From assembly GCA_965224245.1 (NCBI GenBank), contig CBDCYW010000009.1, forward strand, positions 1 to 22,972: a stretch of 22,972 nucleotides of DNA, in the 5' to 3' direction. The DNA is from Candidatus Eiseniibacteriota bacterium. Its GTDB lineage: Bacteria; Eisenbacteria; RBG-16-71-46; CAZAMP01. The translations under genes were made by a program, and so were the position numbers. Shown here in pieces: positions 1 to 8,707 of this stretch. The first letter of the stretch is position 1. Each line of letters begins with the position of its first letter. The notes below the pieces were generated by a model. That model made no database searches and was not told the DNA's origin. It was given only the letters and a program-made list of their open reading frames with translations.

Positions 1-346
1 ACCTGCGCGAGATGATCTCCGTCGACTTCTTCGTCGTGCCGACGATCCGCAATCAGATCCTGTTTGTGTTCCTCGTGCTCTCAAACGAACGCCGCCGGGT
101 GCTTCACTTCAACGTCACGACGAACCCCACGGCCGAGTGGACGGCTCGTCAACTGCTGGAGGCGTTCGCGTGGCGCGACGCACCGAAGTACCTGCTACGT
201 GACCACGACAGCATCTACGGGGGTATCGCACGCACCAATCGCTGGAGATGGATGCGCCCGATCGTCGCGCCGTCCAGCAGCATGGCTCCGTTCGCGTGGT
301 GCCCCATCTCGGCGGTCTACACCATCACTACGAGCGAGCGGCGTAG
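1..346 (+). pseudogene. Integrase-core (rve, DDE) transposase fragment, 5' end outside the window, with internal deletion and frameshift
   Basis: The frame of ORF 12 gives SVDFFVVPT...RRVLHFNVTTNPTAEW...PKYLLRDHDSIYG. From about 227 another frame gives the family C-terminus RTHQSL...HLGGLHHHYERAA* (TAG 344-346). The intervening SPxxNxxxER segment with the catalytic Glu is missing. Confidence 0.85.
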
Positions 347-648
347 GGCCTCAGCGGCGTTCGGAGGTCCGGGAACGCCGGGGACGTACGTCCGGGCTAC
401 TTCGACCATGGCATTCATGTGAGAATCCGGAAGCGCCGTGCTCCGCTGGGCGGTCAATCGAGTCTCGGATCACAGGGCGCTAAGGCGTGATGCAGGCTCG
501 GTGTGGTGCGCGGTTAGTTTTCGGCATCGACAGTTTATGGTCTGTCTTTCCTCTTGCTACGAGCATCGCTGCCTGCGTAAGCTCTAGCAATAATCAGAGT
601 TGCGCACTACACTCCAACCCGTACAGCTTGAATTCCAAGGAGAAGAGG

Positions 649-1146
649 ATGACCCCTATGTTGAAAACAGCCATAGCAACGACCGTAGTTGCGCTGTTCG
701 CTTCAGTAACACTAGCGGGCGATACTGCTCCGTGGGTGGATGTGGTCAACTGTGCGATTTGCAGTAATCTAAGCGCTGAAGAAGGTCTCTTGGAGAACAT
801 GAAGTGGGAATACCATTTGACAGCGACTGGTGCGATAGCGGCCTCGACGGTCAAACCTGAATTCGTCGAGAAGTACAACCGAGCTGCATTGAACATCAGC
901 GCTAGAATCAAAGAGGTTATGGGTGGAGCTGAGCTTTCGATCTGTGCCTATTGCACCAGTCTCACCGGAATGATGAAGGATGGGGCAACGGTTGACAAAG
1001 TGAAGACTCATGGGAGTGTTCTTCTGGTCATTTCGTCGACAGATGATGAGATGATTGCGAGGATTCGCTCGCACGGACAAAAGACTATCGAGTTCATAGC
1101 CGAGTTCATGACCGCACCTGTCACACACGCGGGACACAATCATTGA
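649..1146 (+). CDS. Secreted hypothetical protein with two CxxC motifs and a His-rich tail
   Basis: ATG 649 (alternative 658) follows AAGGAGAAGAGG. Signal-peptide-like MLKTAIATTVVALFASVTLA, motifs CAIC and CAYC, C-terminal THAGHNH. Confidence 0.8.
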   Translation: MTPMLKTAIATTVVALFASVTLAGDTAPWVDVVNCAICSNLSAEEGLLENMKWEYHLTATGAIAASTVKPEFVEKYNRAALNISARIKEVMGGAELSICAYCTSLTGMMKDGATVDKVKTHGSVLLVISSTDDEMIARIRSHGQKTIEFIAEFMTAPVTHAGHNH

Positions 1147-2499
1147 GGATCCGTCCCGAGTCCTGTGGAAAAACGAAAATGGCGTAACCTCCTGGTTGCC
1201 AAACCAGACCGCCCACCGGGCGAGGAGGAAACGCCATGGCTCAGTCTACCACCGCTCCGTCCCAACTTCCCGTCCGTCACGTCGTTCGTGAGCTTCTCCA
1301 GCAGCGGATCGCACAGGTCGTCGAGGTCGTGATCGAGGAGGAGCTGTCGGAGCTTCTCGGGTCTTCTCGATACCAGCGGACCGATGAGCGTCGAGGCTAT
1401 CGGAACGGGCGAACGTCGCGAACGATCACGACGGAGTCCGGTCCGATGGAGATCTCGGTTCCCAGGGCTCGCGTCCGCGACGAGTCGGGGAACACCACCG
1501 AGTTCACGAGCGAGATCCTGCCCCGCTACGCCCGTCGTACCCGCCGGGTCGACGACGCCATCCTCGGGGTGTATCTCGCCGGCGCGAACAGTCGACGTAT
1601 CCGCAAGGCGCTTCTGCCGCTTCTTGGCGAAGCGAACCTCTCGAAGAGCGCCGTTTCTCGGGTCGTATCTCGACTCAAGGCGCTGTTCCAGAGCTGGAGC
1701 GAGCGGGACCTGAGCGAGGAGACCTATCCGATCGTCATGCTCGATGCGATCCACCTGAAGGTGCGGCTGGCTCGCCGGGTGGTGAGCGTGCCGGTCCTGG
1801 TGGTGATGGGCGTCGATGAGGCCGGAAACAAGCGCCTGGTGGCGCTTCGACTCGCCGCCAGCGAGGCGGCGACGAACTGGGGCGCGGTGATCGAGGACCT
1901 TGGGGCTCGCGGACTCCCGAGTCCTGAGCTGATCATCAGCGACGGTCACAAAGGACTGCTTCGCGCGGTTGCGCTCTGGCCCGAAGCTGGCGTTCAGCGG
2001 TGCACGGTTCACAAGCGTGCGAATCTCGAGGCGTGCTGTCCGGTCCATGCCCGGCCTGAGCTCGCCCGCGACTACCACGCGATCGTCATGGCCACCTCGG
2101 CCATGGACGCACGAGGGGCGTACGACGCGTTCCTGGGTAAGTGGCGGACGCTCTGTCCGGCCGTCGCGAGAAGTCTCGAGGAGGTGGGGCATCAGCTCCT
2201 CACGTTCTACGAGTTCCCCAAGCCGATGTGGAAGTCGCTGCGATCGACCAACTCGATCGAGAATCTGAACCGAGAGTTCCGCCGGCGGACCAAGACCCAA
2301 GCGTCGTTCTCGACCGAAGAGGCGGCGCTGACGTTGCTCTACGGTCTCGTTGCGTTCGGTCAGATCAAGATGCGCAAGATCAACGGACACCAGCACGTGG
2401 CCACGATCTCGGCTCGGAGGTGCCGAGACGCCGCGTAACGCGCTACTATCACGCAATCAGGAGGGCGCTACGCTTTTCCACAACAATCGGGACGCATCC
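1147..2499 (+). mobile_element. IS256-family insertion sequence, copy 1 (1353 bp)
   Basis: Terminal inverted repeats GGATCCGTCCCGAGTCCTGTGGAAAA / GGATGCGTCCCGATTGTTGTGGAAAA (22/26). Ends confirmed by comparison with copy 2. The flanks ATCATTGA and CGAGGCCG are not a target duplication. Confidence 0.95.
1236..2438 (+). CDS. IS256-family (Mutator-type) transposase
   Basis: 400 aa with YRNG...R, MLDAIHLKVR, IISDGHKGL, QRCTVH and RSTNSIENLNREFRRR motifs; RBS GAGGAGG. Confidence 0.96.
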   Translation: MAQSTTAPSQLPVRHVVRELLQQRIAQVVEVVIEEELSELLGSSRYQRTDERRGYRNGRTSRTITTESGPMEISVPRARVRDESGNTTEFTSEILPRYARRTRRVDDAILGVYLAGANSRRIRKALLPLLGEANLSKSAVSRVVSRLKALFQSWSERDLSEETYPIVMLDAIHLKVRLARRVVSVPVLVVMGVDEAGNKRLVALRLAASEAATNWGAVIEDLGARGLPSPELIISDGHKGLLRAVALWPEAGVQRCTVHKRANLEACCPVHARPELARDYHAIVMATSAMDARGAYDAFLGKWRTLCPAVARSLEEVGHQLLTFYEFPKPMWKSLRSTNSIENLNREFRRRTKTQASFSTEEAALTLLYGLVAFGQIKMRKINGHQHVATISARRCRDAA

Positions 2500-3112
2500 C
2501 GAGGCCGTCGCGGTTGATGAGTCTGCGTCCGTGATCTTCATGGCGAACACCGGCATTCCGTACTCGTGCAGTAGCCTGTCCGAGTTGTATGGCGACAAGT
2601 GCTCGGAGTACACGCGTGGGCCCCTGGGCGATGCGTTCGGCGCGATCCAGGTGTTCGTTCTCCTTGCTCGGGAAGGAGGCTTCCCAAACGGTGTTGGCGG
2701 TCTGCAGTTCGGGATCGAGTACGACGAGTCCGTACGGGTGCTGGGGTGGTCGCAATGTTCGGGCGGAGCCGAGATCCCGTCGGACGACTGGCCAGCCAGT
2801 GGGTCGGGGAACGCTTTGACATGGAGGCAGGGGTGCCACGAACCGATGGGTGAGGTCGCGATCGCGGGCTTGCTGGTTGTCGAGGCGCCGCTCGATGGGG
2901 AGTTGAGGATCATCGCGGATCCGAGGGTAGGCATGACGCTGTGGGCAGATTGTAGTGCGGAGCTTGCCGAGATCTGCCCCGGCAACGGCGATACGTTCAA
3001 TCTTGATGAACCAGCGGTCCCGATCTGTGGTGATCAATGCGACGACACCGTTCCGGTCCACGAGGCGTCATGGAGCGCGATCAAGGATCGCTTTGGAGAT
3101 CACGCACCCTAA
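2500..3112 (+). pseudogene. 5'-truncated gene for a Cys-rich, probably secreted protein with C-terminal VPVHEASWSAIKDRF motif
   Basis: Open frame runs from the IS256 right end (EAVAVDES...) to TAA 3110-3112. No signal peptide or RBS remains. An internal ATG is present at 2540. Confidence 0.7.
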
Positions 3113-3154
3113 CACCTATAAGGCCACCGTTCGTCAAGGCACAAGAGTCTCCCG

Positions 3155-3180
3155 CGGCGCCCCGGGGGGCGCCGTTTCTG
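3155..3180 (+). terminator. Putative intrinsic terminator
   Basis: Stem CGGCGCCC/GGGCGCCG (3155-3162/3167-3174) with a 4-nt loop, followed by TTTCTG, about 40 bp after the stop at 3112. Confidence 0.5.
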
Positions 3181-3514
3181 AGTTCGGTTCTCTCGACGCG
3201 CAGCTGACTTGGTTTCGGACGTGACGAGTCAGAGGGGGCAAGGCCATGGCCGGTCGAGTCAAGGAGCCGGCTGCTCTCTCCGTTTCGCCAGAGAGAATGC
3301 AGCCCCGACGGGGCCGGAGTCGGTCGTGATCGGGCAGCGAGTCGGCGGGGCTCCCTCCGGAGACTCGTCGCGCTGTTTCGGGGTCGACAAGGTGGCGTGA
3401 CACGCGGAAACGCGGGCTGAGAGGCGGTCGCGGAGAGGGTCGGGCGGTCAACTGACGGCGCCCCAGCGGGCCGACGGCAGGCAATGGCTCCCCAAACGGG
3501 ACGTTTCCGTTTTC

Positions 3515-3657
3515 TCTCCGGTTACGTTTTGCGCCCCGCTTGAGGTCCGGTCAGGACGCCGTTTTGAACTCGGCAACCTGTAGCCTCATAGCCTCTTCCA
3601 GCGCCACCCACCTCGATCAACCGAACCACCGTTCAGAATCTCCGGTTACGTTTTGCG
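3515..3657 (+). repeat. Exact 19-bp direct repeat TCTCCGGTTACGTTTTGCG, two copies
   Basis: Copies at 3515-3533 and 3639-3657 (124-bp period) in non-coding DNA. Confidence 0.9.
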
Positions 3658-3706
3658 TCTCGACCGGGGGCCCAGGTGGGCCGCTTCTTGCGGCCGCGGG
3701 AGCGAT

Positions 3707-3777
3707 CCGTCACCGGGTGGACTCCCACCCACTGGAAGTCGCCGCCTCTCCACGGCGCACAGTTCATTGACCACACG
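3707..3777 (+). repeat. Degenerate repeat shared with 18323-18378, ending in an rve-element-like terminus
   Basis: 3732-3764 matches 18346-18378 at 28/33. 3761-3777 matches the reverse complement of 7550-7566 at 15/17. Confidence 0.7.
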
Positions 3778-5077
3778 CCCGGGCCGAGCGCGATGTTTTC
3801 GTCCGTGCGCTATCCGGATGCGTCCCGATTGTTGTGGAAAAGCGTAGCGCCCTCCTGATTGCGTGATAGTAGCGCGTTACGGCGTCTCGGCACCTCCGAG
3901 CCGAGATCGTGGCCACGTGCTGGTGTCCGTTGATCTTGCGCATCTTGATCTGACCGAACGCAACGAGACCGTAGAGCAACGTCAGCGCCGCCTCTTCGGT
4001 CGAGAACGACGCTTGGGTCTTGGTCCGCCGGCGGAACTCTCGGTTCAGATTCTCGATCGAGTTGGTCGATCGCAGCGACTTCCACATCGGCTTGGGGAAC
4101 TCGTAGAACGTGAGGAGCTGATGCCCCACCTCCTCGAGACTTCTCGCGACGGCCGGACAGAGCGTCCGCCACTTACCCAGGAACGCGTCGTACGCCCCTC
4201 GTGCGTCCATGGCCGAGGTGGCCATGACGATCGCGTGGTAGTCGCGGGCGAGCTCAGGCCGGGCATGGACCGGACAGCACGCCTCGAGATTCGCACGCTT
4301 GTGAACCGTGCACCGCTGAACGCCAGCTTCGGGCCAGAGCGCAACCGCGCGAAGCAGTCCTTTGTGACCGTCGCTGATGATCAGCTCAGGACTCGGGAGT
4401 CCGCGAGCCCCAAGGTCCTCGATCACCGCGCCCCAGTTCGTCGCCGCCTCGCTGGCGGCGAGTCGAAGCGCCACCAGGCGCTTGTTTCCGGCCTCATCGA
4501 CGCCCATCACCACCAGGACCGGCACGCTCACCACCCGGCGAGCCAGCCGCACCTTCAGGTGGATCGCATCGAGCATGACGATCGGATAGGTCTCCTCGCT
4601 CAGGTCCCGCTCGCTCCAGCTCTGGAACAGCGCCTTGAGTCGAGATACGACCCGAGAAACGGCGCTCTTCGAGAGGTTCGCTTCGCCAAGAAGCGGCAGA
4701 AGCGCCTTGCGGATACGTCGACTGTTCGCGCCGGCGAGATACACCCCGAGGATGGCGTCGTCGACCCGGCGGGTACGACGGGCGTAGCGGGGCAGGATCT
4801 CGCTCGTGAACTCGGTGGTGTTCCCCGACTCGTCGCGGACGCGAGCCCTGGGAACCGAGATCTCCATCGGACCGGACTCCGTCGTGATCGTTCGCGACGT
4901 TCGCCCGTTCCGATAGCCTCGACGCTCATCGGTCCGCTGGTATCGAGAAGACCCGAGAAGCTCCGACAGCTCCTCCTCGATCACGACCTCGACGACCTGT
5001 GCGATCCGCTGCTGGAGAAGCTCACGAACGACGTGACGGACGGGAAGTTGGGACGGAGCGGTGGTAGACTGAGCCAT
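3764..5077 (-). CDS. IS256-family transposase with read-through C-terminal extension
   Basis: Protein identical to copy 1 up to ...RRCRDA, then extended to 437 aa because GCCGCGTAA reads GCCGTAA. Confidence 0.92.
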   Translation of the reverse strand: MAQSTTAPSQLPVRHVVRELLQQRIAQVVEVVIEEELSELLGSSRYQRTDERRGYRNGRTSRTITTESGPMEISVPRARVRDESGNTTEFTSEILPRYARRTRRVDDAILGVYLAGANSRRIRKALLPLLGEANLSKSAVSRVVSRLKALFQSWSERDLSEETYPIVMLDAIHLKVRLARRVVSVPVLVVMGVDEAGNKRLVALRLAASEAATNWGAVIEDLGARGLPSPELIISDGHKGLLRAVALWPEAGVQRCTVHKRANLEACCPVHARPELARDYHAIVMATSAMDARGAYDAFLGKWRTLCPAVARSLEEVGHQLLTFYEFPKPMWKSLRSTNSIENLNREFRRRTKTQASFSTEEAALTLLYGLVAFGQIKMRKINGHQHVATISARRCRDAVTRYYHAIRRALRFSTTIGTHPDSARTKTSRSARACGQ

Positions 5078-5166
5078 GGCGTTTCCTCCTCGCCCGGTGG
5101 GCGGTCTGGTTTGGCAACCAGGAGGTTACGCCATTTTCGTTTTTCCACAGGACTCGGGACGGATCC
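3816..5166 (-). mobile_element. IS256-family insertion sequence, copy 2 (1351 bp), with 8-bp target-site duplication
   Basis: Reverse complement of copy 1 apart from a 2-bp loss at the transposase stop. TSD CGCTATCC at 3808-3815 and 5167-5174. Confidence 0.97.
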
Positions 5167-5307
5167 CGCTATCCTCCGAGGTAGGCATTACCCGGATAGC
5201 GCAGCTACCCCGACAGCGGCGCCGAACGGCGAACGGCGGTGCCTAGCTGTGCGCGCGGGGCCCGAAGGTCGAGCTGCCCCGCTCGGGAAGGACGTGGAGG
5301 TCTCGCC

Positions 5308-7506
5308 ATGCACGTTTCCTCGACACGCACGACAGTGGTCGTGGCGCTACTGGTGGAGACTGTTCTCGCCGTTCCGTGTCTCGCGATCAACACGCGAACG
5401 CTCCTCACGGCGACCGGCGAGGCGGCCAACGATCGGCTGGGGTCCGTCGCGCCCGCGGGCGACGTCAACGGCGATGGCTATGCGGATGTGCTCGTCGGCG
5501 CGTTCTTCAACGACGCCGGTGGAGCGGACGCAGGACGTGCGTACCTCTACCTCGGTGGCCCCGAGGCCGATGGACTCGTCGATCTCACCCTCACTGGTGT
5601 TCCTGGTGAACACCTCGCCTTCGCTCTCGATGGCGCCGGCGACGTCAACGGAGACGGCTTCGACGACATGATCGTGGGCGGTGGCACGAACAGCGAGCAG
5701 TCACTGCAGCAGGGGCGCGTATATGTGTACTATGGGGGCACCGTACTCGACTCGGTTGCCGACCTCACGCTCGATGGCGAGGGCACGGGCGATCAGTTCG
5801 GCTTCACGGTTGCCGGTGCCGGCGACATGAACGGCGACGGATTTGCCGACGTGATCGTCGGCGCGCCGTTCAACGACGCAGGCGGCACGGATGCCGGCCG
5901 CGCGTACGTCTTCTTCGGTGGGCCGGGTGCCGACCCGATCGCCGATGTAGTCCTGACCGGCGAGAGCGCCGGAGACCTCCTCGGCGTCTCGGTCTCGGGG
6001 GCGGGCGACGTGAACGGCGACGGCTTCGACGACGTCATCCTCGGAGCCGAGGGAAACGACGCCGGCGGCAACGCGGCGGGCCGGGCCTATGTGGTTCTCG
6101 GCGGCCTAGCCCCAGACTCGATCGCCGACATGGTCATCACCGGTGAGACCGGCGGCGATCAGCTCGGACGATCCGTCTCCGGAGCCGGCGATGTGACCGG
6201 TGATGGGCGCGCCGACGTGATCGTCGGAGCGAGAATCAACGACGCCGGTGGAGAGGATGCGGGCCGAGCCTACGTCTACGCCTTCGCTCCCGGGGGGGGC
6301 ATCCTGGACATGACCCTGACCGGCGCGGCGGCCGGTGACTTCCTGGGCTGGGCGGTGTCCACGGCCGGCGACGTGAGCCGGGACGGGTACGCCGACGTCA
6401 TGGTAGGTGCTCACGGCAACGACGAGGCGGGCAACGACGCGGGGCGGGTGTACGTGTTCTACGGTGGGCCCGACCGCGACACGATCCCCGATCTCGAGTT
6501 CCACGGCGAGAATCTCGGCGACTCCTTCGGCTTGACGCTGGCGAACGCGGGCGACGTCACCGGAGACGGCTTCGACGACCTGCTCGTGGGGGCGGACGTC
6601 AACGACGAGGCGGGTGTCAACGCCGGCAAAGCGTACCTCTTCGATTTGTTTCGGTACGTTCTGCAGAGCCCGAACGGAGGAGAGACGTGGCCCGTCGGTT
6701 CGACGCAGGTGGTTCGCTGGCTAGGCGCCGACGTCGCCGACGTGTGGCTGTCGACCGACGGCGGGCTGAGCTTCGAGGCCGTTGCCACCTCGGTGGGCGG
6801 CGACCCAGAGAACGCCCTGGCACTCCTCGTGCCGCACGCACCGACGAGGTTCGCGATCGCGAGAGTCCTTCCAGCGGACACGGCGCTGACCGGCGAAGAT
6901 CGATCGGATTCGCTGTTCACGATTGAGTCGAGTATCGAGCTTCTGGCGTTCCGGGTGGTCGCGGGGACCGGCGGAGGTGCCGAGCTCACGTGGCGCAGCG
7001 ATCCCGACGTCGGTCCTCAGGGGATTGCGGGCTATCGTCTCTATCGAAGCGACCCGGGATCGCCGGCCAGCGGTCCCGGCCACCAGCTTGGCCCCCATCT
7101 CATCACCGCTCACCGCTTCACGGATGCCTCGGGTGTTCGCGGGAGCCGCTACCGACTCGCGGCCGTCAACGGTCGTGGAGACGAGCTCGAGCTGGGTAGC
7201 CGCGTACTGTTGCCGGCCGCGCCCCTCGCCGCCTGGCCGTTGCCGTTTCGGGGCGGCACGCTCACGGTGAGCTTTGCGACCTTCGGCGCCCTCGGCGGCG
7301 GTGCGGCAACCGCGACCGTGGACCTCCACGACGCTGCCGGTCGCCGCGTACGTTCCGTCTTGTCCGAAGCACTGCCGTCGGGCCTCCATGCCATCTCGTG
7401 GGAAGGACGGGACGACTACGGCAAGCGCGTGCCGACTGGCGTCTATTTGCTCCGGCTGCGCACCGGCGGCGAGTCCAGGTCGCTCAAGGTGGTCGTCACC
7501 CGGTAG
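5308..7506 (+). CDS. Secreted FG-GAP (integrin-alpha-like beta-propeller) repeat protein with C-terminal FlgD-Ig-like domain
   Basis: ATG 5308 follows GGAGG. Signal peptide, seven AGD(V/M)xGDGxxDxxVGA-type repeats, and C-terminal HDAAGRRVR...WEGRDDYGKRVPTGVYLLRL. Confidence 0.92.
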   Translation: MHVSSTRTTVVVALLVETVLAVPCLAINTRTLLTATGEAANDRLGSVAPAGDVNGDGYADVLVGAFFNDAGGADAGRAYLYLGGPEADGLVDLTLTGVPGEHLAFALDGAGDVNGDGFDDMIVGGGTNSEQSLQQGRVYVYYGGTVLDSVADLTLDGEGTGDQFGFTVAGAGDMNGDGFADVIVGAPFNDAGGTDAGRAYVFFGGPGADPIADVVLTGESAGDLLGVSVSGAGDVNGDGFDDVILGAEGNDAGGNAAGRAYVVLGGLAPDSIADMVITGETGGDQLGRSVSGAGDVTGDGRADVIVGARINDAGGEDAGRAYVYAFAPGGGILDMTLTGAAAGDFLGWAVSTAGDVSRDGYADVMVGAHGNDEAGNDAGRVYVFYGGPDRDTIPDLEFHGENLGDSFGLTLANAGDVTGDGFDDLLVGADVNDEAGVNAGKAYLFDLFRYVLQSPNGGETWPVGSTQVVRWLGADVADVWLSTDGGLSFEAVATSVGGDPENALALLVPHAPTRFAIARVLPADTALTGEDRSDSLFTIESSIELLAFRVVAGTGGGAELTWRSDPDVGPQGIAGYRLYRSDPGSPASGPGHQLGPHLITAHRFTDASGVRGSRYRLAAVNGRGDELELGSRVLLPAAPLAAWPLPFRGGTLTVSFATFGALGGGAATATVDLHDAAGRRVRSVLSEALPSGLHAISWEGRDDYGKRVPTGVYLLRLRTGGESRSLKVVVTR

Positions 7507-7590
7507 CGATCGCCGGCAGCATGTGACCTTGTCTCGTGAGCCATGACCCCGTGTGGTCAAGAAACTCGACCGAGCCCAGAAATGGCCCCA

Positions 7591-8182
7591 TCACGCCGCC
7601 TCCCGATGGTAGTACCTCAGCAGCCCGCCGAGCCGCTCGCGACAAACGACGTCTCCTGACCCGCCGGGCTCGGGCACGAGAGCCGATTGCCAACGCCCTG
7701 GTGGTTCCGCTCCCGATGATAGTGGGCGACGAATTCGCTCGTCGCGCGCCGGAGCGATGCTTCGCCGAAGAAGATCATCCGGTTGAGACACTCCTCCTTC
7801 AGGCTCCTCATGAACCGCTCGATGTAGGCGTTCAGGTTCGGCGATCGAGGCGGCAGGAGCACGGCCTCGACTCCGGCGGACGCCAGCGTCGCCCGGAAGG
7901 CCGACGTGAACTTCGTGTCGCGATCCATGAGGAGATACCGACTGTTGAGCAGGAAGCCGTCGACGCAGTCGGTCAGATTGCGGGCTATCTGGCTCATCCA
8001 CGCGGCGTCAGGGTTTGGCGTGCAGCCAGCGAAGTAGACGCGACGACTCGACAGGTCCATCACGAAGAGCAGGTAGAAGGTCGTCAGCCCGCCCGGTGTC
8101 CACACCTCGACCGTCGTGAAGTCGATCGCGGCGAGGACGTTCCAGTGAGATCGGAGAAACGTCTTCCAGGACGTGTCGCGAC
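7591..8182 (-). pseudogene. Integrase-core (rve, DDE) transposase, 5'-truncated, frameshifted near the 3' end
   Basis: SWKTFLRSHW..LAAIDFTTVEV, LLMDRDTKF, PPRSPNLNAYIERF..SLKEECL, ERNHQG. The family tail RERLGGLLRYYHREAA* lies in another frame after about 7680. Confidence 0.88.
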
Positions 8183-8218
8183 GTCGCTGGTCGCCGAAGA
8201 AGGGACTTGCCTGGCGCG
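8183..8218 (+). repeat. Exact 36-bp copy of the 3' end of IS66 tnpB (9392-9427)
   Basis: GTCGCTGGTCGCCGAAGAAGGGACTTGCCTGGCGCG occurs at both positions. Confidence 0.93.
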
Positions 8219-8391
8219 ATCGGAGATCGGGCACCACACCAAAGGACGAGAACGTGTTGCACGTCGACGTCAGGACTACGACGTTGGCTTCTTACGATCC
8301 CACTATGGTTCCGACGAGCTGCCCGGTGGACGTGTAACGTCGTCGGAAAAGGCCGTGAGAGACCGACATGCTGGTGGTGCTTCATTGCGTT

Positions 8392-8635
8392 CTACTGCCT
8401 TCGCGGCTCAGCTCCGCCGTAGACTGCTCGAAGTCGTGACCAACTCGAACGCTGAATGGGTGAATGTCCGCCATCTGTCCAATCCGTAACGACGTCACAG
8501 GGCAGGTATCCAAGACCGCCACCTGCGGTGTCGACGCTCCCTAGTGCCTCCGTACGAAACGACTCGTCGATCTCGCCCGTCACGAAGATCGCCGCTCCGA
8601 TCCTCGCATCCGCGGTGACCGAAAGGAGACCCGTC
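8392..8635 (-). pseudogene. 3' remnant of a gene ending in a SPIQRSSWSRLRAVY motif, cut by IS66
   Basis: Open frame from the IS66 left end to the stop at 8392. The C-terminal motif parallels that of 2500-3112. Confidence 0.6.
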
Positions 8636-8707
8636 GTATCCGTTCGGTGAACCCATGTTGAGCCCATCGGCCGGTCCTGAGAACGTGCGCACCCGAGGAG
8701 GTGCCGC

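Noticed and set aside
649-1146. c-type cytochrome
   Set aside because: The CxxC motifs are followed by Ser and Thr, not His.
1140-2456. 438-aa antisense ORF over IS256 copy 1 (and the 602-aa ORF 3863-5671 over copy 2)
   Set aside because: Shadow frames of a GC-rich transposase gene with no recognisable motifs.
3485-3560. tRNA gene
   Set aside because: Only a 9-nt 3'-end-like string is present; no T-loop (GTTCGA) or cloverleaf.
3515-3657. CRISPR array
   Set aside because: Only two 19-bp repeats with a 105-bp spacer, and no cas genes.
1147-5166. Composite transposon formed by the two IS256 copies
   Set aside because: Copy 2 has its own TSD on both sides and the outer flanks do not match, so the insertions look independent.
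5175-5300. Known riboswitch such as c-di-GMP-I upstream of the FG-GAP gene
   Set aside because: Hairpins are present but I could not match the conserved riboswitch nucleotides.
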